The notes under the pieces are model-generated. The model did no database searches. It was not told the DNA's origin and saw only the letters and a program-made list of their open reading frames with translations. A stretch of 63,995 nucleotides of DNA, the filler included, from Octopus bimaculoides (Eukaryota), in the NCBI RefSeq assembly GCF_001194135.2. It is 7 parts of 7 records of this genome, joined end to end, with 100 filler letters (N's around TTAATTAATTAA, not from the genome) between each part and the next. Parts side by side here need not be neighbours in the genome. Positions count along the whole stretch, not along the records: positions 1 to 16,205 come from NC_068989.1; positions 16,306 to 23,907 come from NC_069003.1; positions 24,008 to 40,015 come from NC_068995.1; 4 more parts are not named here. One strand, 5' to 3'. Made by a program: the position numbers and the translations under genes. Of this stretch, positions 12,175-24,075 are shown piece by piece. Within the stretch, counting starts at the first letter, position 1, and every line of letters starts with the position of its first letter.

Positions 12175-12998
12175 ATATAAGTATTCCAGGAGCTTTGAGA
12201 CTTTTTCAGCAGACATTTATTAATTTCAATGAAGTGCAAAACTGTAATCGCCTTCGAAGTAGAATCATTTGGTTTCAATACACCTGTAGTGCTCCAGCCA
12301 CACCGTGAAGCTTCGATGAAAGTCTCTCAAAGCGAAGGTGTCCAGCATACTTCATCATCTCCTTCACCTTGGGGGAACAAACAAAAGGCTTACGGAGCAA
12401 GGTTTGAACTGTCACGAGGGTGCGGGGCAGTTTTTGTGCCCATCTCTGACAAGAAATTGGTGACCAGAATGGACTTGCATGTTGGTGCAATGTCCTGGTG
12501 CAGTTACTGTGGCCTTTTGCGACGAAGCCTATTCCTGAATTCCTTCACAACCGGTACAAATTACTCTTTTTCACGGCCAGAAAGAACCCAATGGCCTAAA
12601 GGATATCTTTGATGTCAAAAAAGGGGATCATCATGCGCAACTTAGTCGCCTTGCTTTGCCCGGCCTCTTGTACGAGTCAATTTACAAGCAGCCTGGAACA
12701 TTACATAAGTTTCTGTAGCGTTTTCACGCAGTTTATCAAGAAACTTCATGATATAGCAAGCTTCCAAATTTTCTTTAGGTCACAACTGTATTCTGAAAAT
12801 CTAGTCAGCTGTGACAAACAGTATTTGGTAGGGTGTGTTCACAGTGCTGTTACAGCTATTTCTTTCAATTTGGAATGAAAGAACATAAAAGATTCACAGG
12901 CCAAATTATTAGATGTATAGTAATGATATATTAAAATTACAATTATCTAGGACAACCTCACCTAAAAAAGTCTCAAAACGTCTCAAATGCACTTCGTG
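12175..12998 (-). mobile_element. Degraded, internally deleted mariner
   Basis: KARQSKATKLRMMIPFFD and LHQDIAPTCKSILVTNFLSEMGTKTAPHP..SNLAP motifs; both ends share TTTGAGACTTTTT in inverted orientation. Confidence 0.75.
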
Positions 12999-13155
12999 TG
13001 TGTGTGTGTGTGCGTATGTATCTATGTATATATATATATATATATATATTGAAGGGAAAACAAGGACAAGAAAATGGAAAATAAATGGATGTAGTTATTG
13101 ATTTATTTGCATGTTGTAGAAAGATGACGTTCTATTTTTTTGAAAAAAAATTACA

Positions 13156-13507
13156 AACAAGAGCACTCAGAGAGCGCAAACCTCCACCAAGGCAGCACCA
13201 ACATCTTCTCACCGATTAGCCAGAGAGGAATTTTAAAATTAGAATTTCTGAAATAGACTCGACAGCTCTCACAAACGAGAATACTGAAAGTGAACCCGAC
13301 AGCTCTTAAAAATTAAATAAAAGAAACAGGGAAAATAATCCAGAATCCTTGTCCAGTACCGGATCCATTCCAAAATCCAATCACTTCGTGCCAGTCATGG
13401 GGCCAAACATCCCTGAAAGTTTCATCCGAATCCATCCAGCGGTTCTTGAGATATCTTTTCCACGGACAACCAGACAATTACCTCTGTCTTAGTGAAGGCG
13501 GAGGTCA
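13156..13507 (+). mobile_element. Helentron-associated/DINE-1-like non-autonomous element (inferred)
   Basis: Starts AACAAGAGCACTCAGAGAGCGCAAACCTCCACC. The 3' hairpin ACCTCTGTCTT-AGTG-AAGGCGGAGGT has an arm inverted to the 5' ACCTCCACC. Second copy at 16306-16516. Confidence 0.6.
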
Positions 13508-14274
13508 TACTGGAGCACCACCTTTCAGTGTGTTTTGGTTTCTGTTCTGTACTGGTCTTGAAGATGTATCGAGTAGGACAGAGCAGCATCCTTGTGCCTG
13601 CCTGCTGCGATGTATGTTCATCTAGTATCTCAGAGGAAAAATATCTCCAGACGCTCTTTGAAGACAACCAAATCTGCAACTCGCAGATGTGATTAGGAGA
13701 GACCGTAATGTAGTAGCAAGTACGATAAATTATATACCGTATAATTGAAAATGATAGGCAATGATATAATAACTAAGAATAATTACTCATAAATATAGAA
13801 CTATATAGTAAGGTTGTTCGAAGCCTAACGTGGAGGTCAGAAGAGAAATGAAATATCGCTGTATGAATTGTCTAGGTGTATTAATGAACAGAGAGACATT
13901 TGAAAGTCGACTATCTGGCAGCCAGAAATTTGAAACACTGAAGTGAAAAAGTACATGAGAGTAATACAGTATATTGCGTCGATATAAATATGCAGTAGGC
14001 GGGTGTATTATGTTGATCCAGGGATATAAATTTATGTATTAATGTTTAACATTAGAATATTATGGAAGAATAAGAGTTAAGAGAGGTAATTAGCAAGTTG
14101 TTTACTTAGTTCATGGAATTACACATATTTACATACACGTATACACAATATTAGCAGAAATGTGCCCATATTTATACAGATGTATACATATATATGTGTG
14201 TGTGTGTGTGTGTGCATTTGTGTACGCACACACACGCACGCTCGTCCACACATACACACACACACACACACACA

Positions 14275-14908
14275 TACAAGGTTTGATCAATAAGTATCCA
14301 GACTATTGCCATAGTAAGGAAGCTAATGTACGGAGAGTAAAAACGTTTCGCATAGATTGACCTTCAACACTGCTGTGCATGCGCACTAAGTTCAAGCTCA
14401 CTTCTGCTGTTTACAGCAGTGCTTGGAAGGAATGTGCGTAGCGTGTGATCGTCGCTTTGACCATGACAGAGAAAGCTGAGGAAAGAATCTGCATCAAACT
14501 TTGCCAAAAGTTTTGCGATACCTGATCAGAGGCTTACGCAAAGTTTTCAAGAAGTTTTCAACGTTCTCGAAACAACTAAGGAGAACTTGCGCAACTGAAA
14601 CACGAATATCCTTTCGGTCAGCTTTTGGCACAAACTTGGCAGACACGCATCTCACACCCAAATATTCAGTTGGCCTCTGAGCAGGTGTCGCTATGACAAC
14701 TTTAGCTGTCAATCTCAAAGCAAAGTTCACACGCTACACATCTTCCTTCTAAGCCCTGACGTAAGCAGTAGAAGTGAGTTACAACGTTAACACTTAGAGC
14801 GCATGTACAGCAGTGTTCAAGTTTAATCTATGCCGAGCAGCTTGACTCTGTGTGCTCTAGCTTCGTTATCATGGCAACAGTCCGGATACTTATTGATCAG
14901 ACCTCGTA
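14275..14908. mobile_element. Mariner-derived foldback element made of two inverted 5' ends
   Basis: TACAAGGTTTGATCAATAAGTATCCAGACT on the left and the reverse complement of TACGAGGTCTGATCAATAAGTATCCGGACT on the right; about 190 bp of arm homology. + strand encodes MTEKAEERICIKLCQK; - strand encodes LGVRCVSAKFVPK. Confidence 0.8.
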
Positions 14909-14924
14909 TATATACGTGTATATA

Positions 14925-16205
14925 TGTCTTGCAAACAACTCGCACATGCAAGTGCTACCAGTCAAGAACTCCGCATACCGGAAGCCAGCAAGCGTATGGG
15001 GTCATCAGGAGAGAATGCGCGCCGTTTCGGGGCTTGCCTCTCGACGGCATCAATGCGCACCGGCCCCCCCCTCACTGATATGAGGCCCCGCTTGCTAGAT
15101 CAACTGATTATTAAAACAAAGCTCAATATTTCTCTAGCCATCGCTCATCGTCTCTTTTTAACCAAATCCAGTGGCTAGCCTTCTCCACTGTAGTTTGGAT
15201 ATCGGTAATGGTGGTATTTACCTTACGATGAGTTAGGCCTAACGATAACAGCAGTCGTCTCNNNNNNNNNNNNNNNNNNNNNNNNNNNNNNNNNNNNNNN
15301 NNNNNNNNNNNNNNNNNNNNNNNNNNNNNNNNNNNNNNNNNNNNNNNNNNNNNNNNNNNNNNNNNNNNNNNNNNNNNNNNNNNNNNNNNNNNNNNNNNNN
15401 NNNNNNNNNNNNNNNNNNNNNNNNNNNNNNNNNNNNNNNNNNNNNNNNNNNNNNNNNNNNNNNNNNNNNNNNNNNNNNNNNNNNNNNNNNNNNNNNNNNN
15501 NNNNNNNNNNNNNNNNNNNNNNNNNNNNNNNNNNNNNNNNNNNNNNNNTCTCAGTGTTGTCGAGATGAATTTGGTTCTTCATAGCATTGAAGATAACCTT
15601 CAGGACCAGGTTGTGTCTCCATGTATATCTATTCAATGCTAAGAAACAGTTGGAAAGAATATGTTTCAGTGTTCCGACCTTTCCGCATTTGCATATATCA
15701 TTCTCTGAGACGTTCCATCTTACGAGATTCCTAGGTGACGGCAAAACATCATAGGATGAACGAATCAGAAAACTTAGCCGAGATGTCGTCCAATTCCATA
15801 TTTCATCCCAACGTATTTTCCTCTCAACAACATGTTCTTCCCATCTCTTTATTTGTCCTTGTTGACTACATCGGATCAAATGAAGCTCTCTTCTCTCCGC
15901 TTCTCTTGTTTTGACGCTGTTGCTAACAACAGATCTGCGTTCGCTCCGCATCATATCTGCAAACGGTTTGAACTGATTTGCGCCAAAACCAAGTCCTCTC
16001 CGATGGTTCTGTGTTGCACCCACCATATCTCTGTGTATAAGAGAAGACAAGATGTCATCAGCCTCTGCTTCTGCTTTCCACTTCCTTGCTGTTTTAACCT
16101 CTGGTGGGTTATGCCTGATTTCCGTATCCTTCGATTCTCTCAGCATCATCACCGTCCGTATCTTCCCTAGTTTGTATATTTCGACTATTGATGCTAGTGG
16201 TAACT
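14925..16205 (-). mobile_element. Hero-clade RLE LINE, 3' portion (gap inside)
   Basis: ORF 15223-16152: RKWKAE..., RLSFLIRSSYDVLPSP.NL, CKCGKVGTLKHILSNC zinc knuckle, RYTWRHN. C-terminal VEKASHWIWLKR. Clade assigned from recalled motifs. Confidence 0.75.
14985..15098 (-). ncRNA. Structured Hero 3' UTR with permuted hammerhead-like motif
   Basis: GCCGTC-GAGAG...GAAACGGC...CTCTC-CTGATGA, enclosed by a 10-bp helix CTAGCAAGCG/CGCTTGCTGG. Confidence 0.45.
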
Positions 16206-16305
16206 NNNNNNNNNNNNNNNNNNNNNNNNNNNNNNNNNNNNNNNNNNNNTTAATTAATTAANNNNNNNNNNNNNNNNNNNNNNNNNNNNNNNNNNNNNNN
16301 NNNNN
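16206..16305. other. Artificial 100-bp scaffold spacer (44 N + TTAATTAATTAA + 44 N); motif also at 23952, 40060, 44664, 56282 and 60346
   Basis: Same construct six times; it has stop codons in all six frames. Confidence 0.95.
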
Positions 16306-16516
16306 CGGACAAAGATTTTGGATTATTTTCCTGTTTTTTTGTTTTTTGTTTTTTACTTAATTTTTGAGAGCGGTCGGGTTCATTTTTAGTATTCTCGTTT
16401 GTGAGAGCATTCGAGTTTATTTCAGATATTCTCATTTTAAAATCCTCTCTGGCTAATCGTTGAGCGGACGTTAGTGTTGCCTGGGCAGAGGTTTGCGCTC
16501 TCTGAGTGCTCTTGTT
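16306..16516 (-). mobile_element. Second DINE-1/HINE-like copy (5' part)
   Basis: Reverse complement begins AACAAGAGCACTCAGAGAGCGCAAACCTC, as at 13156. Confidence 0.7.
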
Positions 16517-16522
16517 GTTGTT

Positions 16523-16740
16523 ATAAGGTGGCTAGCTGGCAGAATCGTTAGCACAACAGACAAAATGCATAGGAAGTTTTCGTCCATTTCTGTGTACCGA
16601 GTTCAGATTCCGCCAAGGTCGACTTTCCCGTTCATCCTTTCGGGGTCAATGAAAGAAGTACCTGTTGAGCACTAAGGTCAAGGTAATCGACTGACCCCTC
16701 CTCTTCCAAATGTCCGGCCTTGTGCCTATAGAAGAAAACT
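16523..16740 (+). mobile_element. SINE family A
   Basis: GGTGGCTAGCTGGCAGAATCGTTAGCAC...GGCCTTGTGCCTATAGAAGAAA. Confidence 0.8.
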
Positions 16741-17829
16741 ATTTTAAAGCAAATGGAAGTGTATCCGCACATACCTACATACATATACTTAAAAACGTAC
16801 ATATTCATAAACATACATGTATATATATATATATGTATATATATATATACATGTATGTATGTAATACACCATTAATCTCAAGAGCACCTTGGAATCTAAA
16901 CCAGTTGGAACCATAAATAGTCACCTCATAAAAAAAAATGGGAGGCAGACAATCAAAATATATAAAAATATGTATATATATATAAACAAACAAAGTAAGT
17001 CCTCTTGACACTGAAAAACTTAAGTGTTAACTGGCAGTTTACCAGATGTGGAGGACAAGAAGTAGGGGGTGGGGCAGTAGGAAGGGGGGGGTGTGAAAAG
17101 ACGAGGGTAGAAAGTTTCCTTGCGTAACTTAGTAACAAACTGCTTGTTCTACATTCGTTTAGACACAAAACTCAATTNNNNNNNNNNNNNNNNNNNNNNN
17201 NNNNNNNNNNNNNNNNNNNNNNNNNNNNNNNNNNNNNNNNNNNNNNNNNNNNNNNNNNNNNNNNNNNNNNNNNNNNNNNNNNNNNNNNNNNNNNNNNNNN
17301 NNNNNNNNNNNNNNNNNNNNNNNNNNNNNNNNNNNNNNNNNNNNNNNNNNNNNNNNNNNNNNNNNNNNNNNNNNNNNNNNNNNNNNNNNNNNNNNNNNNN
17401 NNNNNNNNNNNNNNNNNNNNNNNNNNNNNNNNNNNNNNNNNNNNNNNNNNNNNNNNNNNNNNNNNNNNNNNNNNNNNNNNNNNNNNNNNNNNNNNNNNNN
17501 NNNNNNNNNNNNNNNNNNNNNNNNNNNNNNNNNNNNNNNNNNNNNNNNNNNNNNNNNNNNNNNNNNNNNNNNNNNNNNNNNNNNNNNNNNNNNNNNNNNN
17601 NNNNNNNNNNNNNNNNNNNNNNNNNNNNNNNNNNNNNNNNNNNNNNNNNNNNNNNNNNNNNNNNNNNNNNNNNNNNNNNNNNNNNNNNNNNNNNNNNNNN
17701 NNNNNNNNNNNNNNNNNNNNNNNNNNNNNNNNNNNNNNNNNNNNNNNNNNNNNNNNNNNNNNNNNNNNNNNNNNNNNNNNNNNNNNNNNNNNNNNNNNNN
17801 NNNNNNNNNNNNNNNNNNNNNNNNNNNNN

Positions 17830-17905
17830 GTAGATAGTTGCCCAAGGTGCCACCTGGAACCATGTGGGTGGGAAGCAAGCTTATTACCACACAGCCACGC
17901 ATATA
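17830..17905 (-). mobile_element. SINE family B head
   Basis: Reverse complement GTGGCTGTGTGGTAATAAGCTTGCTTCCCACCCACATGGTTCC...CACCTTGGGCAA. Confidence 0.7.
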
Positions 17906-17915
17906 CATATATATC

Positions 17916-17994
<79 letters not shown>

Positions 17995-18032
17995 TTGTAT
18001 GTGTGTATTTACGTATATGCATTTGTACATGT

Positions 18033-18412
18033 GAAGGCGCCTAGCTTAGTGGTTAGAGTATTCGGCTCATGATCGCAAGGTCGTGAGTTCAATTCTCAGC
18101 AGCACATTGTGTCCTTGAGCAAGACACTTTATTTCACATTGCTCCAGTCCACTCAGCTAGCCAAAATGAATAATACCTGTAATTTCAAAGGGCCAGCCTT
18201 GTCACATTCCGTTTCACGCTTAATCTCTCTGAGAACTACGTTAAGGGTGCAGGGATCTGCGGTACGAGTGCCCCGTTACCGGATGAAGTTTGAAGCCATA
18301 TACGCAGGAACAAGTCCTTCATCTATTGCCGAGCTATGCTACCCCTATACAAGAGCGTGGTTACGATGGAACATCTGTGGTGACTCGACCTATTAGAAAT
18401 AGAAGCCAAAAC
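18033..18412 (+). mobile_element. Chimeric tRNA-derived SINE
   Basis: tRNA-like head, GTGTCCTTGAGCAAGACACTT core, family C middle (CCTGTAATTTCAAAGGG..GAGAACTACGTTAAGGGT), different tail. Confidence 0.65.
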
Positions 18413-18560
18413 TGCAAAGCACAAACCATCTTTTTTTTTTCTCTTATGCTTACGTAAAGGGTTATAGAGTTCGAGGTACTTAATTTGTGCAGTCGTGGTT
18501 ACGAAAGCCCTCCATTATAATAATACTCATCAGAGCCGAACCTGAGATTCAAACAGCAAC

Positions 18561-18591
<31 letters not shown>

Positions 18592-20119
18592 GTAATGATG
18601 ATGATAATAATGATGATGACAGCAACAACCCAGCTTTGAAATAATTAGAAATACTTCCTAATTACTTGCAATTAACCATCTCTAATTAAAGTACACTATA
18701 CTCATTGCCATCACATCCATCCATCCATCCACCCGCCGCCACCCTCTTTCTCTTCTCTCCATAGACTCTAATGAAAGTACGTCGTACTTACCTCTGTACT
18801 CACCGCCACCGCCGCCTCCGCCGCCTTCTTCCCTGTCTCCATACTCTTCCTTCGGTTTGATCCTGCAATTATGTGTAATGGTGCATTAGAATGTAAATAA
18901 AATGAATAAATAAATAGACAAATAGACGAAATAAATAAATAAATAAACGCAACACTATGTCTGTATAATTAACACGTTAAATGGAGACGGGCTGATCGGT
19001 AGGTCGGTTGGTCGGCTAGCTGGTTGGCTGGCTGGCTGGCTGGATGTTCTCAACACTTCACTTTACCTTCAGGGCTTCAAACATACATATATACATTATA
19101 TATATATATATATATATNNNNNNNNNNNNNNNNNNNNNNNNNNNNNNNNNNNNNNNNNNNNNNNNNNNNNNNNNNNNNNNNNNNNNNNNNNNNNNNNNNN
19201 NNNNNNNNNNNNNNNNNNNNNNNNNNNNNNNNNNNNNNNNNNNNNNNNNNNNNNNNNNNNNNNNNNNNNNNNNNNNNNNNNNNNNNNNNNNNNNNNNNNN
19301 NNNNNNNNNNNNNNNNNNNNNNNNNNNNNNNNNNNNNNNNNNNNNNNNNNNNNNNNNNNNNNNNNNNNNNNNNNNNNNNNNNNNNNNNNNNNNNNNNNNN
19401 NNNNNNNNNNNNNNNNNNNNNNNNNNNNNNNNNNNNNNNNNNNNNNNNNNNNNNNNNNNNNNNNNNNNNNNNNNNNNNNNNNNNNNNNNNNNNNNNNNNN
19501 NNNNNNNNNNNNNNNNNNNNNNNNNNNNNNNNNNNNNNNNNNNNNNNNNNNNNNNNNNNNNNNNNNNNNNNNNNNNNNNNNNNNNNNNNNNNNNNNNNNN
19601 NNNNNNNNNNNNNNNNNNNNNNNNNNNNNNNNNNNNNNNNNNNNNNNNNNNNNNNNNNNNNNNNNNNNNNNNNNNNNNNNNNNNNNNNNNNNNNNNNNNN
19701 NNNNNNNNNNNNNNNNNNNNNNNNNNNNNNNNNNNNNNNNNNNNNNNNNNNNNNNNNNNNNNNNNNNNNNNNNNNNNNNNNNNNNNNNNNNNNNNNNNNN
19801 NNNNNNNNNNNNNNNNNNNNNNNNNNNNNNNNNNNNNNNNNNNNNNNNNNNNNNNNNNNNNNNNNNNNNNNNNNNNNNNNNNNNNNNNNNNNNNNNNNNN
19901 NNNNNNNNNNNNNNNNNNNNNNNNNNNNNNNNNNNNNNNNNNNNNNNNNNNNNNNNNNNNNNNNNNNNNNNNNNNNNNNNNNNNNNNNNNNNNNNNNNNN
20001 NNNNNNNNNNNNNNNNNNNNNNNNNNNNNNNNNNNNNNNNNNNNNNNNNNNNNNNNNNNNNNNNNNNNNNNNNNNNNNNCGCTTTCCCTCTCTCTCTCTT
20101 TTTCTCGCTCTTTCTCCTG

Positions 20120-20162
<43 letters not shown>

Positions 20163-20594
20163 AATCTTTTGTTGTCTCTCCTCACTTTGTCCATCGTCTT
20201 CGGTGCTTGTGTTTTTTTTCCTTCTTCCCTCTTAGAAAAGACATGACGGGTCAAAATGAGACAGATTTGGTGGTGGGGATGGGCAGGTGGTGGTGGTGTT
20301 TGATGGAATAATTTACAAGTATTAAATTCGCAAAGAAACATTACACCCCTTTACTCTGAAAACCAGTCATGGCGGCCCTCGTGTGTGTGTGTGTGTGTGT
20401 GTCTTAAAACTGCATGACACAGACTTTCCGTTTAGGAGGAAAAGCCCGAATACTTCAAGTTAATAGGTTGCTGACCCTTAACAAAGGTCAAACATAACCA
20501 CCCCATAAATATATACATACACACGTGCGCGCGCACAGTCTACATGTATTGGGCATGCCTTTCTTATTTGTACGGTTACATGTGTGTATATATT

Positions 20595-20800
20595 GAAACT
20601 GAAAGAAGCCCGTTATATATATTTGCGGCCCTTCCTACCGCATCACAAACGTTATTCCCATAAGTGAGCGGTTCGGCAAAAGTGACTGATAGAATAAGTA
20701 TCAGGCTTTAAAAATAAAAGCACAGGGGTCGATTCGTTCGACTAAAATTCAAGGCAGTGCCCCTGCATGGCCGCAGTCTAATGACTGAAACAAGTAAACG
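20595..20800 (+). mobile_element. SINE family B, 3' part
   Basis: GAAACTGAAAGAAGCCCG...GCGGTTCGGCAAAAG...ATGACTGAAACAAGTAA. Confidence 0.7.
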
Positions 20801-22824
20801 ATATATATATATATATACATATATATATATCATATTCAACATATGCAACTGTTTATCCGGTCAGGTTTCTCTCCTTTCTCCATCTGTTTTCTCTTATTCT
20901 TTTCTGTCGAAGAGCACAGGCACGAAACGTCAAAGACACCCATATTTCCTGAGCATCAAAATTATACGCTTAGCTTGTTGGTCTTTTTTTTTTTTTNNNN
21001 NNNNNNNNNNNNNNNNNNNNNNNNNNNNNNNNNNNNNNNNNNNNNNNNNNNNNNNNNNNNNNNNNNNNNNNNNNNNNNNNNNNNNNNNNNNNNNNNNNNN
21101 NNNNNNNNNNNNNNNNNNNNNNNNNNNNNNNNNNNNNNNNNNNNNNNNNNNNNNNNNNNNNNNNNNNNNNNNNNNNNNNNNNNNNNNNNNNNNNNNNNNN
21201 NNNNNNNNNNNNNNNNNNNNNNNNNNNNNNNNNNNNNNNNNNNNNNNNNNNNNNNNNNNNNNNNNNNNNNNNNNNNNNNNNNNNNNNNNNNNNNNNNNNN
21301 NNNNNNNNNNNNNNNNNNNNNNNNNNNNNNNNNNNNNNNNNNNNNNNNNNNNNNNNNNNNNNNNNNNNNNNNNNNNNNNNNNNNNNNNNNNNNNNNNNNN
21401 NNNNNNNNNNNNNNNNNNNNNNNNNNNNNNNNNNNNNNNNNNNNNNNNNNNNNNNNNNNNNNNNNNNNNNNNNNNNNNNNNNNNNNNNNNNNNNNNNNNN
21501 NNNNNNNNNNNNNNNNNNNNNNNNNNNNNNNNNNNNNNNNNNNNNNNNNNNNNNNNNNNNNNNNNNNNNNNNNNNNNNNNNNNNNNNNNNNNNNNNNNNN
21601 NNNNNNNNNNNNNNNNNNNNNNNNNNNNNNNNNNNNNNNNNNNNNNNNNNNNNNNNNNNNNNNNNNNNNNNNNNNNNNNNNNNNNNNNNNNNNNNNNNNN
21701 NNNNNNNNNNNNNNNNNNNNNNNNNNNNNNNNNNNNNNNNNNNNNNNNNNNNNNNNNNNNNNNNNNNNNNNNNNNNNNNNNNNNNNNNNNNNNNNNNNNN
21801 NNNNNNNNACATTTTAGACCACACCCCCGAAAAGAGGTCACATGGTTGATTGACATTGAAGTGTCTCATACTCAACACAGCTATGACACCCAATAATTCA
21901 TTGTGGTGATTATGTTCCTGCTCGCTTTATCACCGCTATGATGTCGTCTGCTCCTCTCAGCAAAACTAATCCGTGTAAAAAAGAGGAATGAAAGGGGTCT
22001 GTAGGTTTTTAAAAAATGGTTGGGAACCACTGATCTACGGTGAAATAAGAAAATTGGAGCACCCCCCCCCACACACACACCAAAATGTAGAAACGTATGC
22101 AAAACATATTAGGAAAATGTACTCAATACAAATGTATAGTTAAAATGGACTTTTTCTTAATGGTGATATTTAGAAAATAGTTTAAGAGACAAATTATTGA
22201 GACTTAGTCAGACCAATCGCAGCTTATTTGGTTTCTATGGATAGGCTTTAAGAGGTCAAACTTAATCTTATTCAGTCTCTCTCTCTATCACATGTGTTTG
22301 TGTGTCTGAATGTGTATATGGGTGAATGTATCAATATCTATAAAAGGCAGGGTGTGTGTGTGTGTACGTACGTGAATGTACTTTATGCACGTCCACAAAT
22401 TAGCATGCATGTCGTTCCAATTTTAGGAGGACATTGGTCACGACCATGGCTGTGCTTTTGTCAACTTATTTTCCCCGAGGCACCTCCCGGATAGCGGTAA
22501 AAAACGATTATCAACCACAACTTTTACCAATTTTCAGGTCGGTGATAATCCGTAAGTTTGCTAACATGAGTTAAGTTCCCTGTCTTATAGATTAATTCAC
22601 CCAACTACAATGCCTCCGAAAGAAAAAATAGATTTGGACTACTTAAGTAATCTCAGCGTACGAAAAGAGAAAGAGTTGTGATTTTATGGGCCGGAGCCTG
22701 GCAATAAGAGTTTGCGGATATTCTGCTACAAGAACATTCGATAATATCGAAACAGTAACTTTCATAAACCAGAGTATAACTTTTGAAGGCTCTTTCTGAA
22801 CCCAATCAACGACGGATATTTCTG

Positions 22825-23090
22825 CTAGTAAAGTATATGTGTTTGTGCGTATATGAATATATACTGTCTGTATGAATATATACTGTGTGTATGAATATAT
22901 ACAGTATGTGTGTGAATATATAATGTGTGTGTGTGTGAATATATAGTGTATGAGTGTGCGTGTGTGTGAATATATATATAGTGTGTGCGTGTGTGTGAAT
23001 ATATAAAGTATATATATGTGTGTGTATATAAAGTATATGCGTGTGTGAATATATAAAGTGTGTGTGTTTGTGGGAACGTGTATATGGTGA

Positions 23091-23120
<30 letters not shown>
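22825..23120. repeat. Degenerate GTGTGTGAATATATA minisatellite
   Basis: Unit repeated several times with variation. Confidence 0.7.
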
Positions 23121-23122
<2 letters not shown>

Positions 23123-23384
23123 AAAACTGAATGCACTACATATTTAATGATAATTTGGTTATTTAATCTGTTCCTCTTACGACAAAACTAAAAAAAAAAA
23201 AACGTGACATTTCACTAATATCACAACATCATCAACTTACAAACCAATATGGCTGACGTTACTTATTATTCTACGTGGTTAACGTATGGTGAGAGTGACT
23301 GCAATGGGTTTTTTTATCATTTTACTTCTGCATATTTTTCGTTATTCGTTTTCACTGTTTTATCTCTAATTCATATTAAAGTCC

Positions 23385-23907
23385 GATACATCGATTCCCG
23401 TGTTCAACTGGTACTTAGTTTATCGGCCCTGAAAGAATGAAAGTTGATATTGATGGAATCTGAGCTCAGAACGTAAAGAGCCGGAAGAAATGCCGCTAAG
23501 CATTTCGTCCGACGCGCTAACGATTCTACCAGGTCGCAGCCTTTTAATAATAAGTTTCAAATTTTGCCACACGGACAGCAATTTTGGGGGAGGGGATGAG
23601 TCGATTACATCGACCCCAGTGTTCAACTGGTATTTATTTTATCGATCCTATAGGATGAAAAGCAAAGTCGACCTCGATGAAATTTGAACTCAGCACGTAG
23701 CGACAGGCGAAATACCGCTGAGCATTTCGTCCAGCGCGCTAACGATTCGGCCAGCTCACCGCCTTATAATAATAATAATAATTTCTTTTTTTTCTATTAT
23801 AAGCACAAATGATGAACTTTTATAGGTCATCGGCTCCATTACTTGACTGGTTATAATTTTATCGACCCGAAAGGATACAAGACAAAGTCGATCTCGGTAG
23901 GATTAGA
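23385..23907 (-). mobile_element. Cluster of family A SINE copies
   Basis: Multiple GAACTCAG.ACGTA and CGCTAACGATTC motifs. Confidence 0.75.
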
Positions 23908-24007
23908 NNNNNNNNNNNNNNNNNNNNNNNNNNNNNNNNNNNNNNNNNNNNTTAATTAATTAANNNNNNNNNNNNNNNNNNNNNNNNNNNNNNNNNNNNN
24001 NNNNNNN

Positions 24008-24075
<68 letters not shown>

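Noticed and set aside
22580-22820. Short frame MPPKEKIDLDYLS..KSFADILL, possible LINE ORF1 remnant
   Set aside because: Similarity is too weak and interrupted to support a call.
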